From contig DMOG01000001.1 in NCBI GenBank assembly GCA_003453595.1, positions 1 to 55,520 of the forward strand: a stretch of 55,520 bases of DNA, in the 5' to 3' direction. The stretch's first letter is position 1. Each line of letters begins with the position of its first letter. Shown here piece after piece: positions 1 through 7,542 of the stretch. The translations under genes and the position numbers were made by a program. Origin of the DNA: Candidatus Uhrbacteria bacterium. Lineage in GTDB: Bacteria > Patescibacteriota > Patescibacteriia > UBA9934. The notes beneath the pieces were generated by a model that worked only from the letters and a program-made list of their open reading frames with translations, was not told the DNA's origin and ran no database searches.

Positions 1-1
1 G

Positions 2-124
2 GAGGAATTAAGCAACAAAGCCGAGTCAGACTATAAAATTCGGCTTGGATTAAATTTGAGTGATTATTCAAAAGTAGAAGTCCCGCTGGGTAATTTAACA
101 AAAGATGCAATTACAATTGAATAA
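2..124 (+). CDS. 3' end of an unidentified gene (partial, N-terminus outside window)
   Basis: Frame 2 is open from the window edge to TAA at 122-124 (...GNLTKDAITIE*). No recognisable motif. Confidence 0.3.
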   Translation, partial: EELSNKAESDYKIRLGLNLSDYSKVEVPLGNLTKDAITIE

Positions 125-145
125 ATAATTCTTAACCAAACAAAT

Positions 146-337
146 ATGAAAATATTTCGAGCATGGACATTTAAATGGTGGGAGGTCGGCTTGATAAAAG
201 TATGCCTTTTATCAATTGGTTTGATTCTTGGCATTTATTTTCACCAGTATCTCGATGGATTAATGTGGCTTTGGTGGACGATATTTATTGTTACTGCTAT
301 TTATTTCTTAGTTCAAATGTTTAGAGGGAAGATGTAG
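146..337 (+). CDS. small two-helix membrane protein (63 aa)
   Basis: ATG-initiated ORF with two hydrophobic stretches. A rho-independent terminator follows immediately. Confidence 0.45.
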   Translation: MKIFRAWTFKWWEVGLIKVCLLSIGLILGIYFHQYLDGLMWLWWTIFIVTAIYFLVQMFRGKM

Positions 338-357
338 CTTATAACCAAATAAAATAA

Positions 358-386
358 AACAGAGCCTGTTCTGGGTTCTGTTTTTT
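358..386 (+). terminator. rho-independent terminator
   Basis: aacagagcc / gggttctgtt stem (one G-U pair) with a 6-nt loop, followed by TTTTTT at 381-386. Confidence 0.7.
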
Positions 387-395
387 GTTTTTGCG

Positions 396-404
396 TGCTA
401 TTAT
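396..404 (+). promoter_or_regulatory. extended -10 promoter (TGcTATTAT), 8 nt from ATG 413
   Basis: TG at 396-397 and TATTAT at 399-404, then cctaatat and the ATG. The same architecture occurs at 1118-1126. Confidence 0.5.
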
Positions 405-412
405 CCTAATAT

Positions 413-862
413 ATGAAATATCTATTTTTTCTTTTAATCCCTTGCATGATACTTATCGGCGGGGGATGTACTGACGACTTACCAGAAGATCAACAGATTG
501 ATTATGAGGAAGATGTAAAACCGTTGATTGAAGAAACCTTTGCTAATAATGCGGTTGTAGGAAGTTGCAATATGATTGATTCGGGAAGCCATTGTGAGGA
601 TTACATTGGTTCATACTGGACTCCAGAGACAATGAAATTGCAATGTGAGGGAGTTGGAGTCTGGAGCCCAAATAGTTGTCCATACAGTGAAAACGGTGGA
701 TGTCGAGTTACTGCAGGAACAATTATTGATAATGTTCTTTGGTCATATCCATATGGAAGCGATCCTATCATAGGCGAAAGCATTGTTTATGAATCCATGG
801 CCTGTAATGCAATAATCGGCGCGCAATGGATTATGCCTGAAGATTTGCTTGAAAGTAATTAA
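413..862 (+). CDS. secreted lipoprotein, Cys-rich mature domain (149 aa)
   Basis: N-terminus MKYLFFLLIPCMILIGGGC is a signal peptide with a lipobox-like LIGGGC. Confidence 0.6.
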   Translation: MKYLFFLLIPCMILIGGGCTDDLPEDQQIDYEEDVKPLIEETFANNAVVGSCNMIDSGSHCEDYIGSYWTPETMKLQCEGVGVWSPNSCPYSENGGCRVTAGTIIDNVLWSYPYGSDPIIGESIVYESMACNAIIGAQWIMPEDLLESN

Positions 863-873
863 TTTAAAAAAAT

Positions 874-1104
874 ATGAGATTAAATAGACCAGGGATAGGA
901 AAAACAGCGAAGCTTGGTGGGCCAGGACCATCGCCAATGTTGCGTCGCGGACCGCGAAGATTTGGACCTCGACCTTTTAGACCAAGGCTATGGCGGGGAA
1001 GACCTGATCAAAATAATGTTGTCTTTCAGGGTTCTCGAAGTTGCTCAACGATTTTTGTTGGCGTAGTAGTGATATCTGGATTTATAGTTTTTGCTTTACT
1101 TTAA
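874..1104 (+). CDS. possible small Arg/Pro/Gly-rich protein with C-terminal membrane anchor (76 aa)
   Basis: ATG ORF with the basic low-complexity N-terminus GPGPSPMLRRGPRRFGPRPFRPRLWRGRP and a hydrophobic tail VGVVVISGFIVFALL. Locally GC-richer than its neighbours. No homology recognised. Confidence 0.3.
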   Translation: MRLNRPGIGKTAKLGGPGPSPMLRRGPRRFGPRPFRPRLWRGRPDQNNVVFQGSRSCSTIFVGVVVISGFIVFALL

Positions 1105-1117
1105 TAATTTTTCTTCG

Positions 1118-1126
1118 TGCTATAAT
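1118..1126 (+). promoter_or_regulatory. extended -10 promoter (TGcTATAAT), 8 nt from ATG 1135
   Basis: TG at 1118-1119 and TATAAT at 1121-1126, then caattcat and the ATG. Confidence 0.55.
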
Positions 1127-1134
1127 CAATTCAT

Positions 1135-2097
1135 ATGGAAAAACAAAACAAAACATCGGTTAGTTCTGCTAAAGATGTGTTCTCTTATTTATTAATGATC
1201 GGCATGCTTTACACTAGCGTAATTAGCTTTATCACGCTTTTGTCACAGTATATTAATGTCCAATTCCCTGACTATCTTGAGTTTTACTACACCAATGCAA
1301 CAAATATAATTCGAATTTCGATGTCAGCCTTGATTATTGCCTGGCCTGTATTATTACTTGTTTCTTGGATGATTATTAAAGATTTAAAAAAAGATGTGCA
1401 GAAAAGTAATGTCTGGATTCGAAAGTGGATGCTACATTTAACCATCTTTGTTGCCGCCATTACAATTATTGTCGATTTAATCACTCTTGTTGATCATTTC
1501 CTTGGTGGAGAAATAACAATCAGATTCGGACTGAAAGTTGCAGTTGTCTTGATTGTCGCAGCTTTGGTATTTGGTTATGAGCTTTGGGATTTGAAGAGAG
1601 ATACTTCCGCAAAAAGTCGTTTGCCGCTTATATCAGCGATCATCGGATCAGTATTGATTCTTGGCTGGGTGATTAGTGGATTCTTCATCGTCGGTTCACC
1701 GACGACTCAACGAAATATCAGAATGGACCAGCAGAGAATATCTGATTTGCAGATTATTCAATCTCGGCTACTGGAGCAATGGACACAAAAAGGTGAGCTT
1801 CCAAAAGTATTATCTGACCTTGAAGATCCAATTTATGGATTTGTTGAGCCAATAGACCCTGAAACTAAAGAGCAATATACTTATACTTTGAAAGATGAAT
1901 TAAGTTTTGAGCTTTGTGCAACATTTAATCAGAAATCAGACGCTGGAATTAAGAATGATAGAACTAGCATGATTATCCCGTATTTCTACGGCGTGACCGA
2001 TAGCTCGATGGATTTTTGGGATCATGAAGTAGGTTATACATGTTTTGAACGGACAATTGACCCAGACCTTTATCATACTGAGGCAATAGTTAAATAA
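1135..2097 (+). CDS. multi-pass membrane protein with soluble C-terminal domain (resembles DUF5671-type proteins common in Patescibacteria)
   Basis: 320-aa ORF with about five N-terminal hydrophobic helices followed by a polar domain. The family assignment is from memory only. Confidence 0.6.
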   Translation: MEKQNKTSVSSAKDVFSYLLMIGMLYTSVISFITLLSQYINVQFPDYLEFYYTNATNIIRISMSALIIAWPVLLLVSWMIIKDLKKDVQKSNVWIRKWMLHLTIFVAAITIIVDLITLVDHFLGGEITIRFGLKVAVVLIVAALVFGYELWDLKRDTSAKSRLPLISAIIGSVLILGWVISGFFIVGSPTTQRNIRMDQQRISDLQIIQSRLLEQWTQKGELPKVLSDLEDPIYGFVEPIDPETKEQYTYTLKDELSFELCATFNQKSDAGIKNDRTSMIIPYFYGVTDSSMDFWDHEVGYTCFERTIDPDLYHTEAIVK

Positions 2098-2100
2098 AGA

Positions 2101-2135
2101 AAAAAACCAGCGATTGATCGAACGCTGGTTTTTTA
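2101..2135. terminator. bidirectional rho-independent terminator
   Basis: accagcg (2106-2112) pairs with cgctggt (2123-2129). It is flanked by AAAAAA upstream and TTTTTT downstream and lies between convergent genes. Confidence 0.8.
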
Positions 2136-2149
2136 TTACTTATTTTGAC

Positions 2150-2420
2150 CTCCTTTCCCCATCTCGACATTATCTTTATTTCCCATTTCGAGCAACGGGA
2201 GAAATCTTATCGATTTTGATCGAACTGAGAGGATTTCTTCCTCTGGTCGAAATGGGGACTCTGCTTATCCGATTTCGACGATAAGTGAGTTTTTCTCACT
2301 TCGAAATAGGAATCAGTCGAAAAGATTTCTCACCCCGCCAGAAGCGGTGTTCGAAATGGGAGAATCTTACTTTCCCCCATTTCGACGATAGGAGAAATCT
2401 TCTCGGGTTAGAAAAAGGGA
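2150..2420. repeat. cluster of interspersed inverted copies of CCCATTTCGA / TCGAAATGGG and GAGAAATCTT-like motifs
   Basis: CCCATTTCGA occurs at 2182 and 2376. Its complement TCGAAATGGG occurs at 2247 and 2351. ATTTCGA/TCGAAAT occur at 2272/2301. Several GAGAAATCT / AGATTTCTC variants are also present. Confidence 0.5.
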
Positions 2421-2465
2421 ATTAAATAAAATTGCTGGTAAATATAAAGTTGCTAGACCTCTGAA

Positions 2466-3827
2466 TTAAAACTGAGAATAGAGAACTACCAAGCTAAATA
2501 CTGAAAAGAACAAGAATATAATTCCGATAATTACTTTTCGCCACCAAGACGCACGATAAAGTTTAGATAAAGATTTTTGATTTAGGATTGAGACCAATCC
2601 TATATGAACCGCCATGGCAAAAGCGTTAATGCAGGCTCCAATCACGATAAGAGTCTTTGGCTCTGTGATATTAAATAAGAATAAGATTATTCCAAAAGCA
2701 ATTTGTGACCAAACAAAAATTGAATAAAGTTTGGAAAGATTATGATTTCCAGTTTTTAATGATGCATTTTCCGCCATGATTCTTGAGGTTGAATCCATAA
2801 CGCCCAGTTGAGTTTGAAAAAGCATTATCGCTACTGCAAATAAAAATACAATGCCAACCCATGGGCCGAGTTTTGTAGCAATCACTGATCCTTCTAAAAT
2901 CACAAATCCAATCCCTTGTTCCACCCCAGACATGCCAAAAACAGTTGTGTATGAAAGGATCATTAGTAAACAAATTGATAAAGCACCCATAAACCAGAAT
3001 ACCAGTAAATGCTCAATACTAATGCGTTTCCACCAAGTTTTAAAGTTATTGTAAGACTCTTTTGTTTCGGCGAATTCATATCCCTCCAGTCTTATCTTTT
3101 CAATTTTCTTTGATGATCGAAATAGGCCAGCAAGTTTTTGCGCGTATTTTCCCATGCCATAACCTTTTTCTTTGATATAAATAGATTGAGTAAGATTCAA
3201 ATTACCACCAGCGCCCGCGTATGCGAAAGCACCTAAGAAAGTTGCTAAAACAATACCCTCTGGAATAAATAAATAACCATCACCTTGGCCGATAAATCCT
3301 TGCACAAGTGTTGTCCAATCAGATGCGTCTGCTAGAAAGAAAACAATAATAAAGATAAAGGGAACGCCAATTAATAAAATTGTTTTTGTTATTCGCTCAA
3401 GCATTCCATAAACTGTTTTGCCAGAGCTAAGGATTAGCCCGATGATTAAAAGAAAAATGATTGCGATCCACTTAAAATTATCCATTCCAAGAATTGATGC
3501 AAAGACTTGTGCTGAGGCTGCGATAATTCCCGGTAAACCAAATCCTAAAAATGTTGAACCAATAAACCAGATCGGAGCTTTTTTCCAAAATTTATTTATC
3601 CCCACAAATACGCTTTCACCCTTCACGAGTGCATAGCGTTCAATTTCCATGTTGATAAAATATTGGAATGTTATTCCAAGTAACGCGCCCCAGGCTATGC
3701 CTAGTCCATAATTTGATGCTAGGTATGGCCAGAGAATTATTTCACCAGAACCAAGTCCAAGGGCGAGAATTAAAAAACTTGGACCAAAAAGTTTTTTAAT
3801 TGGTAAAGCTTTGGGAAATTTTTTCAT
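2466..3827 (-). CDS. polytopic membrane transporter, Nramp-like (divalent metal transporter family, distant)
   Basis: About 11 hydrophobic helices. The N-terminal GLGSGEIILWPYLASNYG segment resembles the Nramp/MntH-related fold. Start moved to ATG 3827 because the TTG at 3875 lies inside the cfa terminator hairpin. Confidence 0.6.
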   Translation of the reverse strand: MKKFPKALPIKKLFGPSFLILALGLGSGEIILWPYLASNYGLGIAWGALLGITFQYFINMEIERYALVKGESVFVGINKFWKKAPIWFIGSTFLGFGLPGIIAASAQVFASILGMDNFKWIAIIFLLIIGLILSSGKTVYGMLERITKTILLIGVPFIFIIVFFLADASDWTTLVQGFIGQGDGYLFIPEGIVLATFLGAFAYAGAGGNLNLTQSIYIKEKGYGMGKYAQKLAGLFRSSKKIEKIRLEGYEFAETKESYNNFKTWWKRISIEHLLVFWFMGALSICLLMILSYTTVFGMSGVEQGIGFVILEGSVIATKLGPWVGIVFLFAVAIMLFQTQLGVMDSTSRIMAENASLKTGNHNLSKLYSIFVWSQIAFGIILFLFNITEPKTLIVIGACINAFAMAVHIGLVSILNQKSLSKLYRASWWRKVIIGIIFLFFSVFSLVVLYSQF

Positions 3828-3835
3828 ATGAGATA

Positions 3836-3844
3836 AGTATATCA
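3836..3844 (-). promoter_or_regulatory. extended -10 promoter (TGaTATACT), 8 nt from ATG 3827
   Basis: The minus strand reads tttttTGaTATACTtatctcatATG. Confidence 0.5.
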
Positions 3845-3872
3845 AAAAAAGCTGAGACATTTGAGTCTCAGC
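3841..3872 (-). terminator. rho-independent terminator of cfa
   Basis: On the minus strand, gctgagac / gtctcagc hairpin (3851-3872) followed by TTTTTTT (plus-strand A-run 3844-3850). Confidence 0.7.
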
Positions 3873-3885
3873 CAATTTAACTATG

Positions 3886-5007
3886 CTATCTTATAGAATG
3901 ATATCCTCCAATTACTCCATTTTTCGATAATACGATTTGCCAAAGTTGATTTTTTCGACAGCGGAATGATCCTGCGCATGAAAGTAAGTAGTATTTCCAC
4001 ATTCGATAGAATCTCTCATCGTACTGATCTTTGAGGCGCGGCCAGGCATCATCAAAGTTTTTAAACCACGCCATTAATGTTTTGTCGTAATCTGCGCCGA
4101 AATTTTCGATATCCTCGACCACAAATGATCCTTCCATAGACTTGGTAAGCTGTGCTAAAGAGGGAAGCATTGAATTTGTGAAAATATATTTTTCAATCCA
4201 TGCGTCTGTGCTTTTTACTGACTTTTGACCGCCAATGGTATGAAGTAAAAAAAGTCCATTGTCTTTCAAACATCGATTAGCTACCTTGAAGTATGTTTTG
4301 TAATTTTTGTAACCGACATGCTCGATCATTCCTAGTGAAACTATATGATCGAATTTTTCATTTACATCTCGATAATCTTGTAGGCGAATCTCAACTGGCA
4401 GACCTTGGCATCGATCTTGAGCTAACTTTTGCTGTTCCTTTGAAACTGTGATGCCAACGACTGAAGCTCCGTATTTATTTGCAGCAAATTTGGCAAAGCT
4501 TCCCCAACCACAACCAATATCAAGAACTCTATCTCCTTTCTTTAGTCCTATCTTTTTACAGACAAGATCAAGCTTTGCTTTTTGCGCTTCATCAAGATTG
4601 TGTGCATTTTTCCAGTATCCACAAGTATAAACCATGTTTTTATCAAGCATGGCCTGATAAAGGTCATTGCCGGCGTCATAGTGAGACTTGCCAATGCTAT
4701 AAGCTCGCTTGCCTGATTGTCGATTTAATAAAATTGATGCGAGAGTAAGTGCAATCACTGGCCAATTTGCCCGCATCTTTTGGCGTACATCGTCTTTAAG
4801 AATTCTGTCAATCAGTCCATCTATTTGATCACAATCCCACCAACCGTCCATATAGCTCTCTCCCAAGCCCAAAGATCCTCTGGTCAAAACTCGACGATAA
4901 AATCGTTCGTTAATAATTTTTGGGTCCCATTTATTATTACCATTAAGCTTAATTCCAGTGCCATCCAATAAAATCTGTATTCGCTTTTCAGTTTTTGATG
5001 CACTCAT
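3886..5007 (-). CDS. cfa: cyclopropane-fatty-acyl-phospholipid synthase
   Basis: Long collinear matches to the Cfa family: GSLGLGESYMDGWW, the SAM motif VLDIGCGWG, HTIG, and NFGADYDKTLMAW. ATG 5007 is preferred over TTG 5037. Confidence 0.9.
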   Translation of the reverse strand: MSASKTEKRIQILLDGTGIKLNGNNKWDPKIINERFYRRVLTRGSLGLGESYMDGWWDCDQIDGLIDRILKDDVRQKMRANWPVIALTLASILLNRQSGKRAYSIGKSHYDAGNDLYQAMLDKNMVYTCGYWKNAHNLDEAQKAKLDLVCKKIGLKKGDRVLDIGCGWGSFAKFAANKYGASVVGITVSKEQQKLAQDRCQGLPVEIRLQDYRDVNEKFDHIVSLGMIEHVGYKNYKTYFKVANRCLKDNGLFLLHTIGGQKSVKSTDAWIEKYIFTNSMLPSLAQLTKSMEGSFVVEDIENFGADYDKTLMAWFKNFDDAWPRLKDQYDERFYRMWKYYLLSCAGSFRCRKNQLWQIVLSKNGVIGGYHSIR

Positions 5008-5056
5008 AAATTTTTTACAGTTTACAAAATTTTGCAACTAAATTCAATACTAATAA

Positions 5057-5560
5057 TTATTCGATGGTTATGATTTCATATTCGATCTCTTTTCCCTGTA
5101 TCTCGATCTTGATATTGTCGCCCGACCTATGCCCAAGAAGCGCCTGACCGATGGGGGATAAATGCGATATACGACCCTTGAGTGGATTTGATTCATGCGA
5201 GCCAAGAATCTCAAGTTGTTTTTGTTTGCCATTGGCTACAACAGTAACAATTGAACCAATGCTAACAACATCGCATTTATCAGGTTTGTCAATAATAATT
5301 ACATCCTTAATGCGTTGTTTTATGTTTTCAATTTGACTCATTGTTTTACGCAATGCAAATTTTGCCTCCTGATAAGCAGCGTTCTCGCTTAAATCACCCA
5401 TTTCTTGTGTTCTTGTAACTTCACGGGCAAGTTCGTGAAGCGATTTTTCCAACTTGGCTAATTTTTCTTTAAGCCTATCAAAGGCCTCTTTGGTCATATA
5501 ATTATCGTCTTTTTGAGTTTGTTGACGAAATAATTCAGATTTTCTAGTTGGTAAACGCAT
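5057..5560 (-). CDS. greA: transcription elongation factor GreA
   Basis: Coiled-coil N-terminal region with the acidic tip GDLSENAAYQEAK, and a C-terminal GreA/B globular domain (ISHLSPIGQALLG). Confidence 0.9.
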   Translation of the reverse strand: MRLPTRKSELFRQQTQKDDNYMTKEAFDRLKEKLAKLEKSLHELAREVTRTQEMGDLSENAAYQEAKFALRKTMSQIENIKQRIKDVIIIDKPDKCDVVSIGSIVTVVANGKQKQLEILGSHESNPLKGRISHLSPIGQALLGHRSGDNIKIEIQGKEIEYEIITIE

Positions 5561-5643
5561 AATTGATGGATATTTTGTTCACATTATCATACTCCCTGCG
5601 GAGCCAGAAAACAAAAAAGAATAATACAATGTCTGACCTTGCT

Positions 5644-5677
5644 AAAAAAAGATCGAGGCAAGCCTCGATCTTTTTGT
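5644..5677 (-). terminator. rho-independent terminator of the pilin gene
   Basis: gatcgagg (5651-5658) pairs with cctcgatc (5663-5670). Flanked by an A-run and a T-run, so usable in either direction. Confidence 0.75.
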
Positions 5678-5691
5678 TTTTTTGTTTAAAA

Positions 5692-6165
5692 CTAGCGTGT
5701 CAAAGTAATGGCTGATCCACCTTCTGGGTCACAAGATCCAACCTCAACAGTTCCATTTGCTTTCTTGGAAATGTAGTAATCTGTTTTTCCGGCAGTACCT
5801 GTACTTGGATCCATTGGAACTGATCCCAAATATCCTTCTGTAACAAGCCCTGTCAAATCTGCACAAGCAGCTTGAGTAACTTGAGCTGTACATCCAGCGT
5901 CGCAAGCAGCAACATCTGTTCCAATAGTGTAGAACAAATCGTCAGTTAATCCTGTAACCGCAGCGATATATGTTCCGCCATTATCAACCTGATCTGTAAC
6001 AACAGCTGTAAGCGTGTTGTTAAGGTCATTGTAACGACGAGCGTCACGAGCTTCCTGGAAACGTGTAACAGGATCTAAAGCAACGAAAATTGCGGCTGCT
6101 AGAATTGCAATGATTGCAATTACGATCAACAGCTCGATAAGTGTAAAACCTTTTTTGGTTCTCAT
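5692..6165 (-). CDS. type IV pilin (major pilin candidate)
   Basis: Class III signal and N-terminal helix KKGFTLIELLIVIAIIAILAA with Glu at +5. C-terminal Cys pairs are present. Confidence 0.85.
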   Translation of the reverse strand: MRTKKGFTLIELLIVIAIIAILAAAIFVALDPVTRFQEARDARRYNDLNNTLTAVVTDQVDNGGTYIAAVTGLTDDLFYTIGTDVAACDAGCTAQVTQAACADLTGLVTEGYLGSVPMDPSTGTAGKTDYYISKKANGTVEVGSCDPEGGSAITLTR

Positions 6166-6196
6166 AAATCAAAATTAAATTAATTAGCTTAATCAC

Positions 6197-6205
6197 AGTA
6201 TATCA
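6197..6205 (-). promoter_or_regulatory. extended -10 promoter (TGaTATACT) for the pilin gene
   Basis: The minus strand reads aTGaTATACTgtg about 30 nt upstream of ATG 6165. It is divergent from the pilB promoter region. Confidence 0.45.
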
Positions 6206-6252
6206 TCTACGCAGATAATTGTGTATAATATAAGTAATGTTTTCCACAACCT

Positions 6253-7542
6253 ATGTTTTCAAAAAAGGAGGACAAGTCAGAAAAATCAGCAACTGCAAAA
6301 TTAGTTGTTAAAGCTGACTTGGAAAAAATGATTCAATCTGCATCAGGCAAAGAGCCAAAAGAGACTCTGGTCATTGATTTTGTTGATTCACTGATGGTTT
6401 ACGCTGATAAGGCCAGAGCATCAGACATTCACTTCGAACCAAAGCCAAACGGTAAAGCGATAACTCGTTTGCGCATTGACGGAATGCTAAGAGATGAATT
6501 TGAGTTACCGATTCAACTTCATTCGCAATGTATTGCTCGTTTAAAAATCATGACTGACATGAGATCAGATGAGCATCGAGCTCCACAAGATGGAAGATTT
6601 TCGTTTCAAACTGAAAAAGAAATAGTTGATGTGCGGGCATCGTTGATCGCCACGGTTTATGGAGAAAAGGCCGTACTTCGACTTTTGTCAGGAACAACTC
6701 ATGGACTTTCATTATCTGAACTTGGATTTTCAGAAACTGACCTTAATCGTTTACAGGCTCAAATCAAAAAACCGTGGGGAATGATTTTGGCTACTGGCCC
6801 AACCGGATCTGGTAAAACAACTAGTATTTATGCAGTGCTTGAGGAATTAAACCGAAGAGAAGTGAACATTTCCACAATTGAAGATCCAGTTGAATTTAAA
6901 ATTGGTGAAGTAAACCAAAGCCAGGTTGATCGAGCGGCAAAGTTTACTTTTGCCACTGGACTGCGATCATTGTTGCGACAAGATCCTGATATTATTATGG
7001 TTGGAGAGATTCGTGACAGTGAAACAGCTAAGATTGCTGTTAATGCTTCGCTGACAGGTCACAAACTTTTATCAACATTACACACGAATGATGCGCCAAC
7101 TACTATTCCTCGACTAATGGATATGGGTGTTGAGCCATATCTGGTTGCATCAACATTTAATTGTGCGATTGGACAGCGACTGATGCGACGCATCTGTGAT
7201 AAATGTGGAAAAACAATTTCAGTTTCAAAAAAAGATTTAGAGGGAAAAATGCCAGAAGCGATATTATTGGCATTGTTTGAAAAATCAGAAAAAATCGAAG
7301 TGGCTCAGGCTGTTGGCTGTGAGGTGTGTGGAAAATCAGGATACATCGGTCGAATTGGAATTTATGAAGTGCTCGTTAATACGGCCGAGATTCAGAAACT
7401 TATTGCACAACACGCCGAGAGCACAGATATAAAAGAAAAAGCTATTCAGCAGGGAATGACCACCATGGAACAGGACGGGGCAAGAAAAGTTTTGTTAAAA
7501 ATCTCCACTATTGAAGAATACATGAGAGTTTTACATGAATAA
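6253..7542 (+). CDS. pilB: type IV pilus assembly ATPase (GspE/PilB family)
   Basis: Walker A GPTGSGKTT, Asp box, Walker B IIMVGEIRD, His box, and the tetracysteine CDKCG...CEVCG. Confidence 0.9.
   Translation: MFSKKEDKSEKSATAKLVVKADLEKMIQSASGKEPKETLVIDFVDSLMVYADKARASDIHFEPKPNGKAITRLRIDGMLRDEFELPIQLHSQCIARLKIMTDMRSDEHRAPQDGRFSFQTEKEIVDVRASLIATVYGEKAVLRLLSGTTHGLSLSELGFSETDLNRLQAQIKKPWGMILATGPTGSGKTTSIYAVLEELNRREVNISTIEDPVEFKIGEVNQSQVDRAAKFTFATGLRSLLRQDPDIIMVGEIRDSETAKIAVNASLTGHKLLSTLHTNDAPTTIPRLMDMGVEPYLVASTFNCAIGQRLMRRICDKCGKTISVSKKDLEGKMPEAILLALFEKSEKIEVAQAVGCEVCGKSGYIGRIGIYEVLVNTAEIQKLIAQHAESTDIKEKAIQQGMTTMEQDGARKVLLKISTIEEYMRVLHE

Noticed and set aside
601-937. Minus-strand ORFs 601-783 and 743-937, and many similar 60-140-aa antisense or out-of-frame ORFs throughout the track (for example 1287-1484, 2740-2973, 7849-8256, 13238-13510, 13926-14357, 19745-20107, 20358-20708, 26254-26529, 28385-28738, 34341-34670, 40911-41330, 50358-50699, 50946-51251)
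   Set aside because: Each lies inside or antisense to a gene with strong family motifs. Their products are low-complexity or compositionally odd, and none has a promoter or start context. They are treated as shadow ORFs.
2150-2420. Possible CRISPR array
   Set aside because: The repeats occur in both orientations with irregular spacing (53-108 nt between like copies) and no uniform repeat-spacer periodicity. No cas genes are nearby.
3828-5037. Longer start choices from the ORF track: TTG 3875 for the transporter, TTG 5037 for cfa, and likewise TTG 34012 (mreB), TTG 39532 (lysS), 41407 (serS), 49762 (clpB), 48926 (glycosyltransferase), 10498 and 28930
   Set aside because: The extensions overlap terminator hairpins or upstream genes, or add non-homologous residues ahead of N-termini that match the family consensus. 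The downstream ATGs fit better.
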